Shown piece by piece: positions 58,904-64,000 of a stretch of DNA of 64,000 nt (the first letter of the stretch is position 1; every line of letters starts with the position of its first letter). Below the pieces are notes generated by a model. That model saw nothing but the letters and a program-made list of their open reading frames with translations. It made no database searches and had not been told where the DNA came from. Both the position numbers and the translations under genes were made by a program. Source of the DNA: an uncultured bacterium. GTDB lineage: Bacteria > Omnitrophota > Omnitrophia > Omnitrophales > JACQLI01. The DNA lies in NCBI GenBank assembly GCA_964372875.1, contig CAYJTB010000001.1, forward strand, positions 27,860 through 91,859. The letters are read 5' to 3'.

Positions 58904-59608
58904 ATGAAGGTAACCCTCTTAATCCCCATTATTAACGAGCTTCAGGGCATGAAGGAAATCCTGCCCCGTATCCAAAAAGACTGGGTGGATGAGATCATCG
59001 TTGTGGATGGCGGTTCCACCGACGGAGGTTATGAATATGCGAAAGAGCACAGCCATATCATCACCCTCAAACAAAAATCCAGAGGCCTTTTTAACTCTTA
59101 TGTGGAAGGTGCGGGAATCGCCCTAGGAGATGTCATCATTACGTTTAGTCCCGATGGCAATTCGGTACCTGAGCGAATTCCGGACTTAGTTCGCAAGATC
59201 GAAGAAGGTTACGACATGGTCATCGTTTCCCGCTATTACCAAGGGGCTAAAAGCGAAGACGACAATTTTATCACCGCTTTCGGAAATTGGTTTTTTACCC
59301 AAACGATCAATCTTCTTTTTCGCGGCCGCTATACTGATTCTCTCGTTATTTTTCGCGCTTGGCGTAAAGACTTGCTCGAAAAGTTGAATATCAACGGGAT
59401 CCCGCAAACTGGTTTTGAACCTACGATGAGTATTCGTTGTGCAAAAAACCATTTAAAGGTTGCAGAAATCCCAGGCGATGAGCCCGACCGGATTGATGGG
59501 CTGGGGAAGGTCAATCATTTTTACGCCGGTTTATCCATTCTTTCCTGCATCACCAAAGAGTTTTTTTCAAACCAGTATCAGAATCATTATGAATATGTTC
59601 AAAAATAA
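58904..59608 (+). CDS. family-2 glycosyltransferase
   Basis: VTLLIPIINE...IIVVDGGSTDG...TFSPDGN: GT-A DxD-type fold motifs. Confidence 0.85.
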   Translation: MKVTLLIPIINELQGMKEILPRIQKDWVDEIIVVDGGSTDGGYEYAKEHSHIITLKQKSRGLFNSYVEGAGIALGDVIITFSPDGNSVPERIPDLVRKIEEGYDMVIVSRYYQGAKSEDDNFITAFGNWFFTQTINLLFRGRYTDSLVIFRAWRKDLLEKLNINGIPQTGFEPTMSIRCAKNHLKVAEIPGDEPDRIDGLGKVNHFYAGLSILSCITKEFFSNQYQNHYEYVQK

Positions 59609-60569
59609 AAAGGTTCTTGTGGCGGGTGGGACCGGGCTGATGGGAGTTCCCCTCGTTGAACTCTTAGTCGAGCAAGGAGCCAAGGTTAGAATCGCTTCTT
59701 TGGACGATGTCTCACGCGCCCATCCCGAAGCAGAATTTATTCATATCGATCTGAAAAACATAGAAAATTGTCTTAAGGTTTGCGACGGGATGGATTTTGT
59801 TTTTAATCTCCTAGGGGTGAAGGGTTCCCCTGCCGCCACGGCCTCTAAACCCGCCAGTTTTTTTGTCCCAACCATTTTGATGGCGACCAATTTGATGGAA
59901 GCGGCAAGAGTCAAGGAGGTAGACGGCTTTCTGGGGTGCAGTTCGATCTGTGTTTATGCGCCGGACGAAGTTCTCTATGAAGATAACGCCTGGAAAGGAT
60001 TTCCTTCCGAAAAAGATAAGTTTGCAGGCTGGGCCAAACGGATGGGGGAACTCCAAGCCGAGGCCTTCAAGATCCAATACGGATGGGACCGGATCGCCAT
60101 CGTGCGTCCTGCGAACACCTACGGTCCTTACGATAGTTTCGCCAAAGAAAGTGCTATGGTCGTTCCCTCTCTCATCCGGCGTGCAGTCGATGGAGAAAAT
60201 CCTTTGCGGATTTGGGGAGACGGTTCGGCCGTTAGAGATTTTATCCACGCAAAAGATGTTGCTCGCGGAATGATTTTCGCGGCGGAAAAAATGATCGGTA
60301 AGCCCATCAACTTAGGCAGCGGGACCCGGGTTACGATTAAAGAGTTGGTCGATTTGATTGTGAGTAATCTCGATGTGAAACCTGAAATTATTTGGGACAC
60401 GGCCCAGCCCACGGGAGATCAATGCCGAGTGATGGATATTTCAAGGGCCCGATCGATCGGTTTTGAACCCCAGATATCGCTCAAAGAGGGGATTCGGGAA
60501 GTCATGGAGTGGTACAAAACAAACAAGACTCATGTGAACAATCGTTATGATGTCTTTGTCTCAAGATAG
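59589..60569 (+). CDS. NAD-dependent epimerase/reductase (GDP-L-fucose-synthase-like extended SDR)
   Basis: KVLVAGGTGLMG; YxxxK (GWAKRMGE); ATG 59589 preferred to the track start 59460. Confidence 0.8.
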   Translation: MNMFKNKKVLVAGGTGLMGVPLVELLVEQGAKVRIASLDDVSRAHPEAEFIHIDLKNIENCLKVCDGMDFVFNLLGVKGSPAATASKPASFFVPTILMATNLMEAARVKEVDGFLGCSSICVYAPDEVLYEDNAWKGFPSEKDKFAGWAKRMGELQAEAFKIQYGWDRIAIVRPANTYGPYDSFAKESAMVVPSLIRRAVDGENPLRIWGDGSAVRDFIHAKDVARGMIFAAEKMIGKPINLGSGTRVTIKELVDLIVSNLDVKPEIIWDTAQPTGDQCRVMDISRARSIGFEPQISLKEGIREVMEWYKTNKTHVNNRYDVFVSR

Positions 60570-60581
60570 AAAGGAATAAAA

Positions 60582-61115
60582 ATGAAAAAAGCTGTGATCA
60601 TCACAGGAAAACTTGTTCAGGACCACGAATTTATTTACCCGTACTACCGTTTACAAGAAGAGGGTTACGAGGTGGACGTTGCCATCCGTGGAAAAGAGAC
60701 GGTACAAGGCCAAATCGGCGTCCGCGTCGTTCCCACCAAGGATATTTCTGATTTAAGCGTGGAAGATTTTGATTTGCTGGTGATCCCCGGCGGCGCCAAG
60801 GCCTTGGAATATTTAAGGCAGGATCAGGAAATTCTCAAATTCATTGCGGACTTCTACCGCGCCGGCAAGGTGATCTCAAGCGTCTGTCACGGCGCCCAGC
60901 TTCTGATCTCCGCCAAGATTGTGAAAGGCAAAAAGATCTCCGGCTACTACAGCATTAAAGACGATATTGAGAACGCAGGTGCAACGTATGTGGACGCGCC
61001 GGTCGTGGTGGATGACCGGATCGTAACTTCCCCTCATTATAAATATCTGGGTCCTTGGATGAAGGAAACGATCGCACAAGTAGAACAAGCGAGTCTTGCC
61101 CGAGTCGGCCGTTAA
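60582..61115 (+). CDS. DJ-1/PfpI-family protein
   Basis: DLLVIPGG...; nucleophile elbow SSVCHGAQLLISA. Confidence 0.85.
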   Translation: MKKAVIITGKLVQDHEFIYPYYRLQEEGYEVDVAIRGKETVQGQIGVRVVPTKDISDLSVEDFDLLVIPGGAKALEYLRQDQEILKFIADFYRAGKVISSVCHGAQLLISAKIVKGKKISGYYSIKDDIENAGATYVDAPVVVDDRIVTSPHYKYLGPWMKETIAQVEQASLARVGR

Positions 61116-61764
61116 AACGCGCAAAGCTGTCATTTTCGATTTTGACGGAACGCTGGCCATGACCATGGAAGATAATTTCAAGGCGTGGCAGTCCGCCATG
61201 TCGGAATATGGAATTAAGATCAAACCCGAAGATTATTATCCTCTCGAAGGCGCCAAGGTGAATGAAGTCGCGGGAAAAATTTTTGCTCAATACGGCATCC
61301 AAGGCGTGAAGGAAGAGGAAGTGGTGAAGAAAAAGGAAAAGCATTACCTTGAAAATTACCATTTCCAGTTTTATCCCGGCGTTGAGACCTTAATCGAAAG
61401 ACTCCGTTCGCGTCATGTTCCCCTGGCGCTTGTGACGGCAGGCCTCCGGAGCCGGCTCGACCACTCCGTTCCCAAAACTTTCCTCCAACAATTTGATGTG
61501 ATGATCACAGGAGACGAGACCAAGCAAGGCAAGCCTTCGCCCGAGCCTTACCGGAAGGCTATGGAAAAACTCCATTTAAAACCTGAGAATTGTGTCGTGG
61601 TGGAGAATGCGCCGCTCGGGATCCAATCGGCGAAAAGGGCGGGCGCTTACTGCATTGCGCTTTGCACCACTTTGAGTAACGGTTATTTAAATGAGGCGGA
61701 CGAGGTCTTAGATTCCTTCGAAGATCTTCAAAATTCAGACAACATCAAAAAGTTTCTCCAATAA
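61096..61764 (+). CDS. HAD-superfamily hydrolase (beta-phosphoglucomutase-like subfamily IA)
   Basis: Motif I VIFDFDGTLA, motif II LVTAG, motif III/IV KPSPEPY...VVENAPLGIQSA; start codon uncertain. Confidence 0.8.
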   Translation: MPESAVKTRKAVIFDFDGTLAMTMEDNFKAWQSAMSEYGIKIKPEDYYPLEGAKVNEVAGKIFAQYGIQGVKEEEVVKKKEKHYLENYHFQFYPGVETLIERLRSRHVPLALVTAGLRSRLDHSVPKTFLQQFDVMITGDETKQGKPSPEPYRKAMEKLHLKPENCVVVENAPLGIQSAKRAGAYCIALCTTLSNGYLNEADEVLDSFEDLQNSDNIKKFLQ

Positions 61765-62459
61765 TGGGTATCGACGCTAATTTACAAAATGTCGTGGTTC
61801 ATAAACCGTGGGGTTATGAATATTTGGTTTATCAAAACGACAAGGTCGCGATTTGGTATTTGAGAATTAATTCCGGGGAAGCCACGTCGCTTCATTGTCA
61901 CCCTAGAAAAAAAACAGGTCTTATCCTTCTCTCGGGCGAGGCCGTGGTGTCTTTTCTCAATGATTCCATGACGATGAAAGCCCCCTCCAAACTGATGCTC
62001 CGCCCCGGGCTTTTTCATTCTACCAAGGGAAATTGTCCGGAGGGGATTGGGATTTTAGAACTTGAATCACCTGTAGATAAAGAAGACCTGGTGAGATTTG
62101 AGGATGATTACGGGCGCGAAGGCAAGGCCTATGAAGGACCGGATAAAATGTCGCCTTTGCCGGATCACTTTATTCGTTTCCAAAATCCCGAAGACGGAAA
62201 GACCCGGGAATACCGTATGGATAACCAAGTGATTCGGGTTGAGAAGTTGACGAATCTTTCTCATCTTTCCCAAAAGCCGGCTGAGACAATTATCGCCGTT
62301 TTGGACGGCGGCTTGGTCAGTAAAACAGGCGAGCCGATCACTACACCCGGAGATGTAGGGACTTTTGCCAGTCTCATCCGTCTGTCGCAAGCCTTTGAAG
62401 CGCCGGAGGGGATTTTACTTTTGACGCTGGAAAATACAAAACCCGAAGATTTAAAATGA
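61764..62459 (+). CDS. cupin-domain protein (type II mannose-6-phosphate-isomerase-like)
   Basis: KPWGYEYLV....VAIWYLRINSGEATSLHCHPRKKTGLILLSGEAVV. Confidence 0.7.
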   Translation: MGIDANLQNVVVHKPWGYEYLVYQNDKVAIWYLRINSGEATSLHCHPRKKTGLILLSGEAVVSFLNDSMTMKAPSKLMLRPGLFHSTKGNCPEGIGILELESPVDKEDLVRFEDDYGREGKAYEGPDKMSPLPDHFIRFQNPEDGKTREYRMDNQVIRVEKLTNLSHLSQKPAETIIAVLDGGLVSKTGEPITTPGDVGTFASLIRLSQAFEAPEGILLLTLENTKPEDLK

Positions 62460-63379
62460 CCGAAACGCTCACGAGTCCGAAGGGACGCTCCGCTTCTTTA
62501 GGCCTTATTCCCGGCCTCGCTAAAAAATTTCCTCGCCAGAAGACGCTCGAGATGTTCCAAAAAATCTGCATCAACCGCGCGTTTGAAATCGAAGTGGCAG
62601 CACTTTATCCCAAAGGGATCATGAAGATTCCCGTTTATCTTTCGCTGGGACAGGAACAAATTCCGGCTGCAATCTCCACCGTCAAAAAAGATTTCCTGAT
62701 CTTCGCCCAACACCGGTGCCATTCCTATTACCTTTCTTTTGGGGGAGATATGAGAAGACTTGCGGATGAACTGCTGGGCCGCGAAACGGGCTGCGCGCGC
62801 GGAATGGGCGGCTCGGCCTCTATTCATGATCCCTCCATCGGCATGTTTGGCCATAGCGGACTCATGGGCGATCAGGTTCCTGTCGCTGTGGGTGCGGCAC
62901 TGGGTTCCGGAAAACCTGTGTTAACCGTGGTAGGAGATGCCTCAGGTGAAGAAGACTATGTTTATGGCGCCATGGGTTATGCGGTCACAAAAAAACTTCC
63001 CCTTCTTATGATCTGTGAGGACAACAATCTTTCCATCCTTACTCCGATTTCAACGCGCAGATCCTGGAGCTTGGTGGATGTTGCCCGGTCCCTTGGTATG
63101 GAGTCCGTTGATATCACGGACGACCCGTGGCTCGTTGCGCATTACACGGAACAATTTTTAGGAAAACTCCCCGCATTTATTAATATCCGTACGTGCCGCA
63201 ATCTTTGGCATGCCGGCCCGGGAACCGACGGTCCGCCGGAGTGGAACCGGTTTGAACTCATCAAAGAAGAAATGAAAAACCTCGGCCTTGAGGCTGAAGC
63301 AGAGCAGATCGAAAATGAGGCCGTCCAAAAAGTGAAGAAAATATGGGAAGAACGGTTGCCGAAACCATCCAAGCCATAA
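62456..63379 (+). CDS. thiamine-diphosphate-dependent dehydrogenase E1 component, alpha subunit
   Basis: TPP-binding motif GDASGEEDYVYGAMGYAVTKKLPLLMICEDNN. Confidence 0.8.
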   Translation: MTETLTSPKGRSASLGLIPGLAKKFPRQKTLEMFQKICINRAFEIEVAALYPKGIMKIPVYLSLGQEQIPAAISTVKKDFLIFAQHRCHSYYLSFGGDMRRLADELLGRETGCARGMGGSASIHDPSIGMFGHSGLMGDQVPVAVGAALGSGKPVLTVVGDASGEEDYVYGAMGYAVTKKLPLLMICEDNNLSILTPISTRRSWSLVDVARSLGMESVDITDDPWLVAHYTEQFLGKLPAFINIRTCRNLWHAGPGTDGPPEWNRFELIKEEMKNLGLEAEAEQIENEAVQKVKKIWEERLPKPSKP

Positions 63380-64000
63380 CGAGAAAACATCTCGTTGAAA
63401 ACCAGGGCCTTCTTTTCGGCCAGTGTGTGACCGCAGTCGGTTGGATCGGCGGTACCGTCCCTCAGATGACTGAAGAAGAGGGGATTGTGGAACTTTCCAT
63501 GTCCGATGTGGCCGGACCCGGGATTGCGGTGGGTGCGGCACTTGCCGGCAGGCGGCCCATTTATGTGATCCGTTATCAAGGCTTCATGTGGTACAACGCT
63601 TCACCGATCGTCAATTACGCCGCCAAATCCAAAGAAATGTGGGGCGTGCCGTGCCCTATTTTTGTACGTGCCCTTGCCATGGAAGGCGGGATGGGTCCGG
63701 TAGCCTCTGGGGCTCATCACAGTATGGTGATGCGGATGCCGGGAATTCCGATTGTTGCGCCCATGACACCGGGAGAATGGACCGAGGCCTGGGACTGGTT
63801 TATGACGCATGACGACCCCATGTATGTGAGCGAGCATCGCCGCAGTTTTACTATCAATGATGAAATGGAACCCGCTCTTCACCCGCAGGCTGACATCACG
63901 ATCTTCGGAATCAGTGCAGGCCGGCTGAATGCCATTGAAGCAGTGAAGCAACTCGCCACTCAAGGAATCACTTGCGACCTCATTCATCTTGCATGGCTCA
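63343..64000 (+). CDS. E1 component beta subunit / transketolase-like pyrimidine-binding protein (runs off the window)
   Basis: Not in ORF track (no stop in window). ATG 63343: MGRTVAETIQAITRKHLVENQGLLFGQCV...ELSMSDVAGPGIAVGAALAGRRPIYVIRYQGFMWY...; overlaps the alpha subunit gene by 37 nt. Confidence 0.75.
   Translation, partial: MGRTVAETIQAITRKHLVENQGLLFGQCVTAVGWIGGTVPQMTEEEGIVELSMSDVAGPGIAVGAALAGRRPIYVIRYQGFMWYNASPIVNYAAKSKEMWGVPCPIFVRALAMEGGMGPVASGAHHSMVMRMPGIPIVAPMTPGEWTEAWDWFMTHDDPMYVSEHRRSFTINDEMEPALHPQADITIFGISAGRLNAIEAVKQLATQGITCDLIHLAWL

Overview
Bacterial chromosomal window with moderate GC. The taxon cannot be determined from sequence alone; the repeat families and the giant ORF suggest an uncultivated lineage. 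Layout: (1) 1-11.7 kb is a housekeeping block: rplO', secY, adk, map, infA, rpmJ, rpsM, rpsK, rpsD, rpoA, rplQ, an aminotransferase, an unusually short Mfd, a SurA-like PPIase and pdxA. (2) 11.9-15.0 kb, minus strand, holds a processive GT2 synthase and a PEGA-domain protein. (3) 15.3-28.7 kb is the stand-out: one stop-free ORF of 13,404 nt (4,467 codons). It is a chain of unrelated modules joined by a recurring junction peptide, R-[S/A]-E-V-R. That peptide occurs about 15 times and is encoded with heavy synonymous variation. Some junctions also carry GC-rich hairpin arrays that show compensatory base changes. Three inter-junction segments carry genuine minus-strand genes (a PIN toxin-antitoxin pair and two paralogous small membrane proteins), yet the plus frame stays open across them. 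(4) 28.7-38.4 kb holds vapBC, rsmA, gatC/gatA/gatB, tsaD, an MgtC-family gene, larB/larC-like genes and a ZIP transporter. gatCA is bracketed by inverted copies of a structured repeat. (5) 38.5-43 kb holds an acidic secreted protein, hisG, an unannotated bS22-like mini-ORF, ispE, a zinc-ribbon SpoVG variant and tRNA-Gln. (6) 43-64 kb is a polysaccharide biosynthesis/export locus. A second repeat family, a MITE-like element with termini GTCATTGCGAG...CTCGCAATGAC, is inserted in-frame in rsmA, tsaD, larB and the giant ORF. All functional calls rest on motif recognition by eye; no database search was run.
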